Shown here: in pieces, positions 39,259 through 48,533 of the stretch | Position numbering within the stretch: the stretch's first letter is position 1 | How the letters are laid out: every line of letters starts with the position of its first letter | Assembly (NCBI GenBank): GCA_037137555.1 | Contig: JBAXKA010000002.1 | Span: 3,133-67,132 of the forward strand | DNA: 64,000 nucleotides | Direction of reading: 5' to 3' | DNA from: Candidatus Moraniibacteriota bacterium | GTDB lineage: Bacteria > Patescibacteriota > Minisyncoccia > Moranbacterales > UBA2206 | Notes under the pieces: model-generated | Told to the model about the DNA's origin: nothing | The model's database searches: none | The model's input: only the letters and a program-made list of their open reading frames with translations | Program-made: the position numbers and the translations under genes

Positions 39259-39795
39259 TTAATTTTCTTCTTCTTGCTCCTCGGCTTGTTCTGATTGGGT
39301 TTCTTTTCTTTCTTGTAAAATAAAAACATAAATCAAAAAAGTTGTAACGGTTTCCAGTGGCAAGAAATTCAAAATAGGAATCATCTCAAGCAGGTTGCCA
39401 AGAAAAAGGGTGATGAGTTTTTTTTTCCCAAAAAATTTTTTCACTCCCGAAACGAGCATTGCCATAATGGTCATAATGAATAGAAAAGGCGTCAAGAGTG
39501 TTCCAATAAAACCAGCATCAAAAATATCTTTAAGTCCGGACAATATAATAGTCAACAGAAAAAATATATCGATAACTTGAATAAAGCTGATCAGAGAGAC
39601 TGCTGACGAAACATCTTTAGCTATTTTTTTGGCATTTTTGGCCATTGACTTCAAACTTTTTTTGGGTTTATTGTCTTCATCAGCGGTTTTGTTCTGATCT
39701 TGTTTCTCTGCGTCTTTTTGTTCTGGTTGTTCGGCTTGTGGCGTAGATCGTTCTTGTTCTAGATTTTTTTTATGGTCGTCTTCTTCTTGAGACAT
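39259..39795 (-). CDS. membrane protein with acidic/lysine-rich N-terminal tail, hypothetical
   Basis: An N-terminal charged low-complexity region followed by 3 TM helices. Confidence 0.45.
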   Translation of the reverse strand: MSQEEDDHKKNLEQERSTPQAEQPEQKDAEKQDQNKTADEDNKPKKSLKSMAKNAKKIAKDVSSAVSLISFIQVIDIFFLLTIILSGLKDIFDAGFIGTLLTPFLFIMTIMAMLVSGVKKFFGKKKLITLFLGNLLEMIPILNFLPLETVTTFLIYVFILQERKETQSEQAEEQEEEN

Positions 39796-39806
39796 AAGGT
39801 TTAATT

Positions 39807-41657
39807 TTAAGCTTGCTCTTCTTCGCTAAATTCTTTTTTGGCTTTTTCAATATCCAAAAGTTGTGATGGATCGGTGGTGATGATTTGATCTTCAGAATAG
39901 GACGCCACAACTTTAATCGCAACATGATTTGTGCCAGCGAAAAAAATACCTTCGCCAACATTACTTTCTAGGAGCAAAAATTTCTCTTGATCAGTCAAAT
40001 AGAAAGTATCGGAAATAACATCAATACCGGCTGGAGATTGTTTTAATAATAATTGCAAAGAAGAATTGGTCACAATTGCTTTGCCATAACGAGAAGACAA
40101 AAAGTCATTAACATCTTGCGTAATAGTTGTGAGGCCAGTGAAATATTTGCGACAACGCTTAGCAAGACCAAACAAAAATGAAGCGGCGTCTTCATATTTC
40201 ATCATAACCCAAGCTTCATCAACCAGAACAATGCGTTTTTTTACATTAGTGCGCATTTCATTCCAAACAAATTGTAGGATAATATACATCGCCACTGGAC
40301 GCAATTCTTCTTCCATATCGCGGATATTAAAAACAACGAGCTGGTTATCAACTTTAATGTTTGTGGCGTGATTGAGAAAGCCAGCAAAAATTCCTTCCGT
40401 ATATTTTTCCAAACGAACTGCTAAAACTTCTCCGCCGTCCAGACTACGCAAAACTTGATAGAGATCAGACATTGTGGGAAAAGCATCTTTTCCCAGTGTG
40501 TTGAAATCGGCTTCGGCTGTTATGTCTTTGATGCTGTATGTTTCATGAATAGCCCGATCCAAAACAGAATCTTCTTCTGGTGTAATTGATCCGAGCATAA
40601 TATGCAAAAGTCCCAAAAGATTGGCAATATTATTACGCAATATATCTTCCGGATCGTCATCTTCACCAACGCGAGGAAGATCAAAAGGATTGAGATGGCT
40701 GTTGGAATTGAGTGAAATTTTAATAAAAGTGCCTTCGATCGTCTCGCAAAGATGTTTATATTCATTTTCCGGATCAATAATAATCACATCAGTGCCGATC
40801 ATAATTGAACGCAAAACTTCCAGCTTGACAGTATAACTTTTTCCAGCACCAGATTTAGCAAAAACAACCATGTTGGCATTTTCCATTTGAAAACGATCAA
40901 AAATAATCAAACTATTATTGTGGCGATTGACGCCATATAAAATTCCCGTGTTAGATGAAAGCGTCGATGAAACAAACGGAAAGGTTGTGGAAAGTGGAGA
41001 ACTATTCATATTCATTCCCACATCTAATTCGTCATTAGCGAGAGGCAAACAAGAATTAAAACCTTGTTCGGATTTAAAAACGGCTGGTTTGACATAGATC
41101 AATTGAGCTTCAAGAATGGCTTCGATGCTTTTGATGCTTTTCGTTACGGCCTGTTCACTGTCGCCATAAGCGGTGATATAAAGTGAAAAACGAAAGAATT
41201 TTTCTGTGCCTTGTTGCAACTTATCTCGCAGTTCATCAATATCTTGTTGGGCAGTTTCCAAAGAAGGATCACGAATTAAACCTTTGCTTTGTTCGATTTG
41301 GATTTGCGATTCAACTTGCGTAGCACTTTTTTTGAGCGTTTTCAAGATATCATAAGTATCCACTGGATGGATAAACATAGAAATATCAATTGGCATATCA
41401 ATATTGATGATTGGAGAAAACCAATTGCTGTGCAAATATCTCGGATAAGCAATAATAAAAATTGTTTGGGCGATTGTTTCCCCGATGCGAATGGATTTTG
41501 GCATAATTTGAATGGCAGCGGGAGCAATAATATCATTGAGTCTGGCAAGGCCTTCTTGATAATATTTTTCTGATTCCAAAACGCTATCTTGCGGAGGAGC
41601 AATTTTTTTTTCCGAAGCGATATCAGTCGCATCTTTTTTGGCGAAAGGGTTGAGCAT
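39807..41657 (-). CDS. virB4: VirB4/TrbE/CagE-like type IV secretion ATPase, ATPase portion
   Basis: Walker A 'FAKSGAGKSYTV', Walker B-like 'RIVLVDEAW' and overall VirB4 C-terminal domain architecture. Confidence 0.8.
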   Translation of the reverse strand: MLNPFAKKDATDIASEKKIAPPQDSVLESEKYYQEGLARLNDIIAPAAIQIMPKSIRIGETIAQTIFIIAYPRYLHSNWFSPIINIDMPIDISMFIHPVDTYDILKTLKKSATQVESQIQIEQSKGLIRDPSLETAQQDIDELRDKLQQGTEKFFRFSLYITAYGDSEQAVTKSIKSIEAILEAQLIYVKPAVFKSEQGFNSCLPLANDELDVGMNMNSSPLSTTFPFVSSTLSSNTGILYGVNRHNNSLIIFDRFQMENANMVVFAKSGAGKSYTVKLEVLRSIMIGTDVIIIDPENEYKHLCETIEGTFIKISLNSNSHLNPFDLPRVGEDDDPEDILRNNIANLLGLLHIMLGSITPEEDSVLDRAIHETYSIKDITAEADFNTLGKDAFPTMSDLYQVLRSLDGGEVLAVRLEKYTEGIFAGFLNHATNIKVDNQLVVFNIRDMEEELRPVAMYIILQFVWNEMRTNVKKRIVLVDEAWVMMKYEDAASFLFGLAKRCRKYFTGLTTITQDVNDFLSSRYGKAIVTNSSLQLLLKQSPAGIDVISDTFYLTDQEKFLLLESNVGEGIFFAGTNHVAIKVVASYSEDQIITTDPSQLLDIEKAKKEFSEEEQA

Positions 41658-41682
41658 ATTTTTAAGCTTATTTTTTTTAAAT

Positions 41683-42369
41683 TTATTTTAGTTCCATTTT
41701 TTCTGTGTCGATATAGCCCTTAGTATCAAAGACTGTTGGGTTATAGGCATTGAATAATAATTCAATCAATTCTGGTGTTTTGAGTGGGGCGATGCGAACT
41801 CCAATGCCAGAAAGTCCGGCCGTGAGATGATCAACTCTTTGAAAAATTTGGCTCTTGTAGGTTTCAAAATTTTCTCTTTTTTCTAGAATATTTCTCTTGG
41901 GATTGAGCATGCTGGAAAAATTACTGAAAAAACTTTTTTCTTGATTTTCAATTGGAGCAAATGGCACAACTAAATAAAAAGTTTTGTCCATAATGTCAGA
42001 CATAGAAACCAATTGAGTGATAAAATTTTTATATTCAGAAATTTGCAAACGCATCAATTCGGTTTTTTGTTGTTTTTCTTTTTCGGTTAAAAACTCCACA
42101 TAAGAATCAATATTTAATTTTCGTGAGCTGATGAGGATTTGCAGGGGAAAATCAACCGAGTTGAGAAAATTTTGATATTGACTAATGATGGCTTCTTGTT
42201 CGTCAGTCGCTTTCAATTCAAAATTGATAGCAGAAACTTCCAGCACCGCCCGTAGCGATCCATTTTTGAGAACAATTACATCTTCTTTGACTTCCGCGAC
42301 ATCCAAATATTGTTGTGTTGGTGAAGCGGCTGCTTGTTTGGCGAGTTTTTGTGAATAAAGTTTTTCCAT
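41683..42369 (-). CDS. VirB4-like N-terminal domain encoded as a separate ORF
   Basis: 'VIVLKNGSLRAVLEVSAINFELKATDEQEAI' resembles the VirB4/TraC N-terminal region. It ends 25 nt upstream of the ATPase ORF, in a different frame. Confidence 0.55.
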   Translation of the reverse strand: MEKLYSQKLAKQAAASPTQQYLDVAEVKEDVIVLKNGSLRAVLEVSAINFELKATDEQEAIISQYQNFLNSVDFPLQILISSRKLNIDSYVEFLTEKEKQQKTELMRLQISEYKNFITQLVSMSDIMDKTFYLVVPFAPIENQEKSFFSNFSSMLNPKRNILEKRENFETYKSQIFQRVDHLTAGLSGIGVRIAPLKTPELIELLFNAYNPTVFDTKGYIDTEKMELK

Positions 42370-42373
42370 AGTT

Positions 42374-42769
42374 TTATTTTAGTCTTGTGTCTAATAATTT
42401 GGAAACATCAGCGACTCGTTGTGAATCAAATCGCTTTTTTTCAATTACAGGTATTGAAACTTGTTTGACGGCATCTCGTTGAATTTTTTCTGGTGTGCGA
42501 TGCCAAAGATATCTTTTTGGTCGAGTGGCAAACATAACAGATGAAATAATAAATTTAATCAGTGGTTGATTGTATGGTCGATAAAAAGCCAGTGAGCCAA
42601 AAATTAAACCAACAATGATAGCGGAAATAACAAAAGCGGATTGATCAAAAAGTCCATAGCAGAATAATAAAATAACGGCTCCGGCTGCGAGCCAGCCGAG
42701 TTGTTTGGCGGTGAGTGGTCCGACAATTTTATCTTCAATATCAATAAATTGGGGAACGCTGAAGATCAT
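42374..42769 (-). CDS. PrgI/VirB3-like small membrane protein
   Basis: 'IVGPLTAKQLGWLAAGAV' followed by two TM helices, positioned immediately upstream of VirB4 as in Gram-positive T4SS. Confidence 0.6.
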   Translation of the reverse strand: MIFSVPQFIDIEDKIVGPLTAKQLGWLAAGAVILLFCYGLFDQSAFVISAIIVGLIFGSLAFYRPYNQPLIKFIISSVMFATRPKRYLWHRTPEKIQRDAVKQVSIPVIEKKRFDSQRVADVSKLLDTRLK

Positions 42770-42793
42770 AAGCTTTATTTAAAAAATATTTTT

Positions 42794-44008
42794 TTATTCC
42801 TCTCTTAAGTCTAACACATTTTTGGGAACTTGTCTCGGAGCAGAATAATTTATGCGAGCAACTGGCAAGCGGGAGGGATAATTTTTTTGAATTGGTTGGA
42901 TTGTTTGCGGAATTTCCGGTGGTTTTTCAGTGGATAATGTTTGCGGTGAAGAAAAATGAATGTTGCTGGTGGTGTTTTCAATTTTGTTTTCAGCTATATT
43001 TTTATTTTCCAGTATTTCTTTTTGGGGCAAGTCTCTTCTCCAGGCACTGATGCGATCTTCATCAGATTGAAATTTTTGTTGTGGTTGAGAAACTTTTTGG
43101 GTGGGATAATAATTTTCTTGACCGCGTCGGATTTCGGCTGGTTCCAGTTCATTATTGCGAAAATTAGGTCTAAATGGCGGTCTTTTTAGTGCTTGTGGTT
43201 GAGCAATAACTTTTTTTTCTGGCAAACTAAAAAGGACTTGTTTGGTGACAGTATTCACTGTGAGCGGAATATTATTTTCAAGAGAATCAATAATAATAGT
43301 TAATTTTTCACGATCAGTTTCTGAAAGTGTGCGAGTGTTTTCATTTTTGAAAAGATAATTTCCTCGCACGATTGGATCGTGGTTGCTGATGCCAACAGTA
43401 AAAGTGTAATCAGAAAGCCAATTTTTAATCGATGGTCGCACTGGTTCAGGAAAAATTTTCAATTTAATGTGTGCCGAAGTGATCAACTGTTCACCAAGCG
43501 CCGCATATTTTTCGATAGCGATTGAGATGGGGAGTTTTTCGAGTTGAGCTTGTTGTTTTTTTAATGTTTCTTCTTCTTTTCTTCGTTCTTGTGCTTTTTC
43601 TTTTTCTTCTTCCATGATCCATGGTTCTAATTCTAGAACTTTTTTCCACGCTTCATCTTCAGAAAGTAACGGAGCTGATTTTTTCTTTGACCATTCTTCG
43701 AGCAAGCCTTGTGCATCTTTGAAAAAATCGGGAAAACGAGCATAAATTCGATTGTTTATTTCATACGAAATACCAAAAATAATTTGCTCGGCTTGTTTCA
43801 AGTCTTTGGCGATTATTGCTGGATAATCTTTTAGTTTTATTTCGTCGATGAAAATAAGGGCGATTGGACTAGACAAAAAAGCAACAAAATTTTCTTCTAG
43901 CCCATACATAAAACAAACTTTTTCAACTTCAAAATACGGGATATCTGATGAAAGAAAATCTTGTAATATTTTCGGCAGTTTACTTTTTTTCTCTAAATAA
44001 TTATTCAT
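42794..44008 (-). CDS. hypothetical protein (coiled-coil, Gln/Pro-rich C-terminus)
   Basis: 404 aa, no TM helix, Lys/Glu-rich central region. Confidence 0.45.
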   Translation of the reverse strand: MNNYLEKKSKLPKILQDFLSSDIPYFEVEKVCFMYGLEENFVAFLSSPIALIFIDEIKLKDYPAIIAKDLKQAEQIIFGISYEINNRIYARFPDFFKDAQGLLEEWSKKKSAPLLSEDEAWKKVLELEPWIMEEEKEKAQERRKEEETLKKQQAQLEKLPISIAIEKYAALGEQLITSAHIKLKIFPEPVRPSIKNWLSDYTFTVGISNHDPIVRGNYLFKNENTRTLSETDREKLTIIIDSLENNIPLTVNTVTKQVLFSLPEKKVIAQPQALKRPPFRPNFRNNELEPAEIRRGQENYYPTQKVSQPQQKFQSDEDRISAWRRDLPQKEILENKNIAENKIENTTSNIHFSSPQTLSTEKPPEIPQTIQPIQKNYPSRLPVARINYSAPRQVPKNVLDLREE

Positions 44009-44028
44009 TGTAGATGTGAAAAAAATAA

Positions 44029-46299
44029 TTAGGTCCTATGGCGTAGGTCTGGATCCCCGTTCGCTCTTGCAAGATTTTTTGCCCCTCTTGTTCCAGCATT
44101 AGGATTAGCTAATGCAGTGGCGTTAGTTCTTATGGCAGTAAATAATGCAGATTGAGCTACTCCATCGTTGGCATTAATAATATCTTTTATTTTACTAGGA
44201 TCTAGATTGTTGGCGAACTCAGCCATTAGACCTGCATTGTTGGTTGTGGTTGTATCCATTCTTTTTGCTGTATCACCATTAAATCTTTGCATGAGATAAG
44301 CCCTCGTGGCAACATCATTTGCGCTATTAGAGGAAATACCAGCATGAAATGTTCCGGTTTGAGCAAAATGTGCTGTTTGAACTCTTGTGGCTGTTTGAAG
44401 CTGATCATCAAGAGCTAGCCATGCAGCACTTCCTTTTGTTTCTAAATTTCTCAATGCATTGATTCCCGAGATATTTTGTAGGTCAGGAGCGCTGGCTGCG
44501 TTGTCAAGAGAAGCGGCGATCGCTCTTGTATAAGCAGGGCCTTTCTTCCTTGCTTTTTCCAAGTCATCGTTACTAAGAGCTCCAGTTCTAAGTCCAATAT
44601 CCATTACCCTATCGTTTCTAAGTGCATCAGCACCTAATTTATCAGGATTAAAATTGTCGCTTTGCATGTAGCGCGTTAATCCTGCTTCATCAAGAACGCC
44701 ATTGTGCGTGAAAACAGCTTCAGGGGCAGAGGCCTTCATTTTGCTTTCTAATTGCCTAGTTACTTGACTGTCATTGCCAAATTGTTGACGCACATTATTC
44801 AATTGTGCTCCTGTTGCTAAGCCTCTTGCTGCGAGTTCTATTGTAGCAGCTGCTCTTTCAAATTTATTTCCTGATGTAGCCAATAGCTCCAAGTCTAAAT
44901 CTTCTGCTGTTGCGACAGCATTTTGCTCTCCTGCCTTTTTCATTTTTGCTGCTTGATCAGATTCATACCGCAATCTCGCATCTGTCCCACCAATAATTTT
45001 TCCTCGCAAGCGATCTTGTTGACTTCCCAAATTTCCGCCAAGTTTATTTGCCCAAGAATCTTCTTTGGCTTTGGCTCTTCTTGAGCTATAAGCTTTGTGA
45101 GTGTCTTTGATAAATTGTCCACCACTCACTTTCATACCAACATTCTTCATCAACTTCGTCCCCGCACCCACCACCGCTTTCGCCCCATGAATTCCCGACT
45201 CTTGTGCTTTGATGATGCCGAGCCAAAGAATGATGATTGGGATTGCGAAAAAAGAAGCGGAGGCAATAAATTTTCCAAGCGTATCTCCGAAACCACCTTG
45301 ACCAGCAACGGTTTGTAGTCCAGCTATTTTTTTCATACTTCCGCCGGAATCAGAAATGGCTATAATCATTTGCGTGGCAACATAAAGCATAAAAACCATA
45401 ATCGGCCCGGCGAAACATTGTTGCATAAAATCTTTCCACCATTTGCTTCCAGCTTCAGCTAATGCTGTGCCGGGTAGAATTGATCCTACAAAAGCAATTG
45501 GGGAAAAAATAACATAAACAGCAAGCGTGATTGTTCGGATAACCAAGAGAACAGCAATGATGAGTAGTGTGATAGCGAAAATAAAAGTAAAAATAACTAC
45601 AGACAAAAGAAAAAGAGTATCCGTATTTTCGGTGGTAGGTGCAAAAATTTGATCAAGACCGCTCGCATCAATAATTGTCATAAAAGAATTTGATCCGCCG
45701 ATTTTTCCGAGGAAGCCATACATCATCATATTTGATGCATCAATAATAAAACGGGCAATGGGATAGCTGAAATTGACAAGCAGTGCCATGATGACAAGAT
45801 TGAGTAAAACTTTTTTGTAATTAAAGTTGGCAGCGGATTGAAAAATTGTAGCAAAGGCGGAAAACAAAAGCACCATAATAAAAGCGACATTAAAAACATC
45901 GCGAACGGTGCGCCATATTTGATAGATAATTTTATTGTCAATCACCGCCTTCATATTAGTTGGATTGACAATCCATTGAAATATTGTTTCAGCTAGTGAA
46001 AGAAGAAAGCCCGTGAATTTTAGTGCCAGCTTGAGAATTGGAATGATAATATATTTTTCTCCCCATGTTACTGACGAATCACCAGCAATCTCCGTATTTG
46101 TTTTTATTTGCTCAGGGGCTGTTGATCCGAGTTCTGCAGATGAATTGTCTCCAGAAAAAACATTAGCAGAAATTATCTTGGTGGAACTTATAAACGGCAA
46201 AATAAACGCAACAAAAAAAATCGCTAACAAAATTGTTTGTTTGTTTTTTTGAAAAAAAGTATTAACCTTTTTTTGTTTTAGCTTTGAGAAAAAAAACAT
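44029..46299 (-). CDS. VirB6/TrbL-like polytopic membrane protein with long C-terminal hydrophilic extension
   Basis: Signal/TM, then at least 6 TM helices, then a ~330-aa Ala/Gln/Asn-rich tail. It lies next to VirB3/VirB4-like genes. Confidence 0.5.
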   Translation of the reverse strand: MFFFSKLKQKKVNTFFQKNKQTILLAIFFVAFILPFISSTKIISANVFSGDNSSAELGSTAPEQIKTNTEIAGDSSVTWGEKYIIIPILKLALKFTGFLLSLAETIFQWIVNPTNMKAVIDNKIIYQIWRTVRDVFNVAFIMVLLFSAFATIFQSAANFNYKKVLLNLVIMALLVNFSYPIARFIIDASNMMMYGFLGKIGGSNSFMTIIDASGLDQIFAPTTENTDTLFLLSVVIFTFIFAITLLIIAVLLVIRTITLAVYVIFSPIAFVGSILPGTALAEAGSKWWKDFMQQCFAGPIMVFMLYVATQMIIAISDSGGSMKKIAGLQTVAGQGGFGDTLGKFIASASFFAIPIIILWLGIIKAQESGIHGAKAVVGAGTKLMKNVGMKVSGGQFIKDTHKAYSSRRAKAKEDSWANKLGGNLGSQQDRLRGKIIGGTDARLRYESDQAAKMKKAGEQNAVATAEDLDLELLATSGNKFERAAATIELAARGLATGAQLNNVRQQFGNDSQVTRQLESKMKASAPEAVFTHNGVLDEAGLTRYMQSDNFNPDKLGADALRNDRVMDIGLRTGALSNDDLEKARKKGPAYTRAIAASLDNAASAPDLQNISGINALRNLETKGSAAWLALDDQLQTATRVQTAHFAQTGTFHAGISSNSANDVATRAYLMQRFNGDTAKRMDTTTTNNAGLMAEFANNLDPSKIKDIINANDGVAQSALFTAIRTNATALANPNAGTRGAKNLARANGDPDLRHRT

Positions 46300-46301
46300 A
46301 A

Positions 46302-47327
46302 TTATTTTTTATATAATGCACCTGGGCCATAAGCGTTGACTTTTTTGTTGACTTGATTAACGGCTTTGTCTGTTACTTTATTAACTTCTTTGTTGATTTT
46401 ATTTTCTACACCAGAAATTGTTTTGTTCACGGCTCCGGCAATGGCCTTGGAAACAGTGGCAGCCACTAATTCGCCAATACTTGTGGCACTGGAAATGGCT
46501 AGGTTTGGTAGATTCTCCATATTTGCTTCCATTTCTTTATATAATATACCAGGCTTTGCGATCATGCCGTCGATTTTTTCACTAAGAAATCCTCCACCAG
46601 CAATACCTTCAGCTGTGGCTGTGGCTTTTTCCTTGGCAAGAGCTGTGTTGTATTCTGCTCTGATAGCTGAATCGGCATCCCAGATTGTATTGCCTCCATT
46701 GCCATCACCCATTAAGTAGAGATTCATATTGGCAAGCGAATCACTTTGAAACATTTCAGCTGGATCTCCGTCGTAACTTAATCGCCATTCTTTTGGTTCA
46801 GTTATATTTTCTCCCAATGTTTGAATATTTTCAGAGAGACTGCTACTGGTAATGTCAGCTGCATCATCGCCCAAGACAGCGCCTCTGCCAAAACCTTCAC
46901 CGGCAATGGTGCTGGCGCCGAGGACAGAATTAGAGGCTTTTTTATAATTAACACTACCTCTGCCAGAAGTAAGGCGACTAATATAGTCGTTGGCATAGTT
47001 TGTGGCATTTCTTTTAGGATTATTGACCAAATAATCTTCCCAGTTGGTAATAAATCTGGCGCCATTGCCACCGACACCGGAAATAAAACGATCCATTTGT
47101 TTGGAAAGCATTTTGATGGCGGCTTGTTTCAATGATCCCATCATCATGCCCTTGATTGAATAGGAAATTTCTGCTACGACTGTTTCATAGACAGAAGCAG
47201 CCATTGCATCCCAGGCTTGAGCTTTTTTAGGACAGGAAAAAGAAAATAAGATTAATAAAAAAATAAAAAAACCAGAAATAATTTTTTGGGAAAAATAAAC
47301 TTTTTGTTTTAGTGGGTTTTTTTGCAT
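46302..47327 (-). CDS. exported hypothetical protein
   Basis: Signal peptide. The C-terminus has a repetitive 'VNK..' region. Confidence 0.45.
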   Translation of the reverse strand: MQKNPLKQKVYFSQKIISGFFIFLLILFSFSCPKKAQAWDAMAASVYETVVAEISYSIKGMMMGSLKQAAIKMLSKQMDRFISGVGGNGARFITNWEDYLVNNPKRNATNYANDYISRLTSGRGSVNYKKASNSVLGASTIAGEGFGRGAVLGDDAADITSSSLSENIQTLGENITEPKEWRLSYDGDPAEMFQSDSLANMNLYLMGDGNGGNTIWDADSAIRAEYNTALAKEKATATAEGIAGGGFLSEKIDGMIAKPGILYKEMEANMENLPNLAISSATSIGELVAATVSKAIAGAVNKTISGVENKINKEVNKVTDKAVNQVNKKVNAYGPGALYKK

Positions 47328-47343
47328 GAAATTTTGTGTTTTG

Positions 47344-48456
47344 CTATGGGGTTGTTGTTTCTGTTGTCGTTGTTGCTGTTGTGTTGGTTGTTTGCAGTGC
47401 TTCTAGTTCGCTTAAATCTTTTGGTGCGTTGATGCCATAACTTTTTAATTTATTTTGGACTGTTTCGTCATAAGTTAAACCATATTCGGCTATTTTACTT
47501 TGGGCTTCGGTGGCAAAATCACTAAAAATAGTAATGAAGCCTTGCAATTTGGAAAGATTAGCAATGTCGCCCATCGGATCATCACCTTTAGATTGAAAAA
47601 GTGTGCCAATATTTGCAGTATAGAGTGCAAAGCGCAAGGCCTTTTTGTGAATTGCTAGAAAATCTTCTGGCACTTCCACCGCCATTAATTGTTCAACGAT
47701 CTTTTTTTGACTAGCGACAAGATCTTTTAATCCAGAAGCACTTTGTGTTGTGATGGCCGTTGTGATTATGGAAGTGATGTTGGAAAGCATGCCAGATGCA
47801 TCTGTGATTGAGGTGATTGGTTTTGGCGAATTGCTGGTGAAAATATAAGTTACGGCGGCAATATAATCCAAGAAATCTTCTTTCTTTTTGGCTTTGGCTT
47901 TTTCTTCGCTGAGCTTGCTATAATTTTGTTTTTTTATTTTTATGGCTGATTCGTCAATCTCAGGCAGATCACTTTCAGAAATTATACTGGGAGACATAGC
48001 TTGATCGATGGTTGCTTGCAAATCGTCTAGTGAAATTGGTTTTCCGTCAGCATTGGATTTGTCGGTCAGTTCGGCTAATTTTTGAGCAACATCTTCAGTG
48101 AGATTTTTTTCTGAAGAATCGCCAAGCACATCACTAATATTTTCTGCATTTACTGGTGCGGAAATTGCGTTTGATGCTGGCGTCTGAATAAGTTTGTCGC
48201 CTGGTGCTTTTTTTAGGGGGTCGTAACCACTACGAACTTCCGTTCCATCAGAATAGCCATCGCCATCAGTATCGGGATTGGCCGGATTGGTGCCATAAAT
48301 TTTTTCTTCTTCATCAGACAAACCATCTTGATCACTATCAAGAAAAATACTTTTTGTTGTTGTATTTTCAGCGCCAACATAAAAAGCAAAACTGGAAAGA
48401 ATCAAGCTCGAAAGAATGAAAAAAGCAAAGTTGATATTTTTTATTTTCATATACAA
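47344..48456 (-). CDS. exported protein with thrombospondin type-3-like Ca-binding repeats
   Basis: Signal peptide followed by 'DSDQDGLSDEEEKIYGTNPANPDTDGDGYSDGTE'. Confidence 0.55.
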   Translation of the reverse strand: MYMKIKNINFAFFILSSLILSSFAFYVGAENTTTKSIFLDSDQDGLSDEEEKIYGTNPANPDTDGDGYSDGTEVRSGYDPLKKAPGDKLIQTPASNAISAPVNAENISDVLGDSSEKNLTEDVAQKLAELTDKSNADGKPISLDDLQATIDQAMSPSIISESDLPEIDESAIKIKKQNYSKLSEEKAKAKKKEDFLDYIAAVTYIFTSNSPKPITSITDASGMLSNITSIITTAITTQSASGLKDLVASQKKIVEQLMAVEVPEDFLAIHKKALRFALYTANIGTLFQSKGDDPMGDIANLSKLQGFITIFSDFATEAQSKIAEYGLTYDETVQNKLKSYGINAPKDLSELEALQTTNTTATTTTETTTP

Positions 48457-48533
48457 AAATTATAGCACACTAAGTGTTAAGTTGTGAAGAGCTGAGTGCT
48501 TTATTTTTTTGGGCATTTGGGTATAATTAAGTT

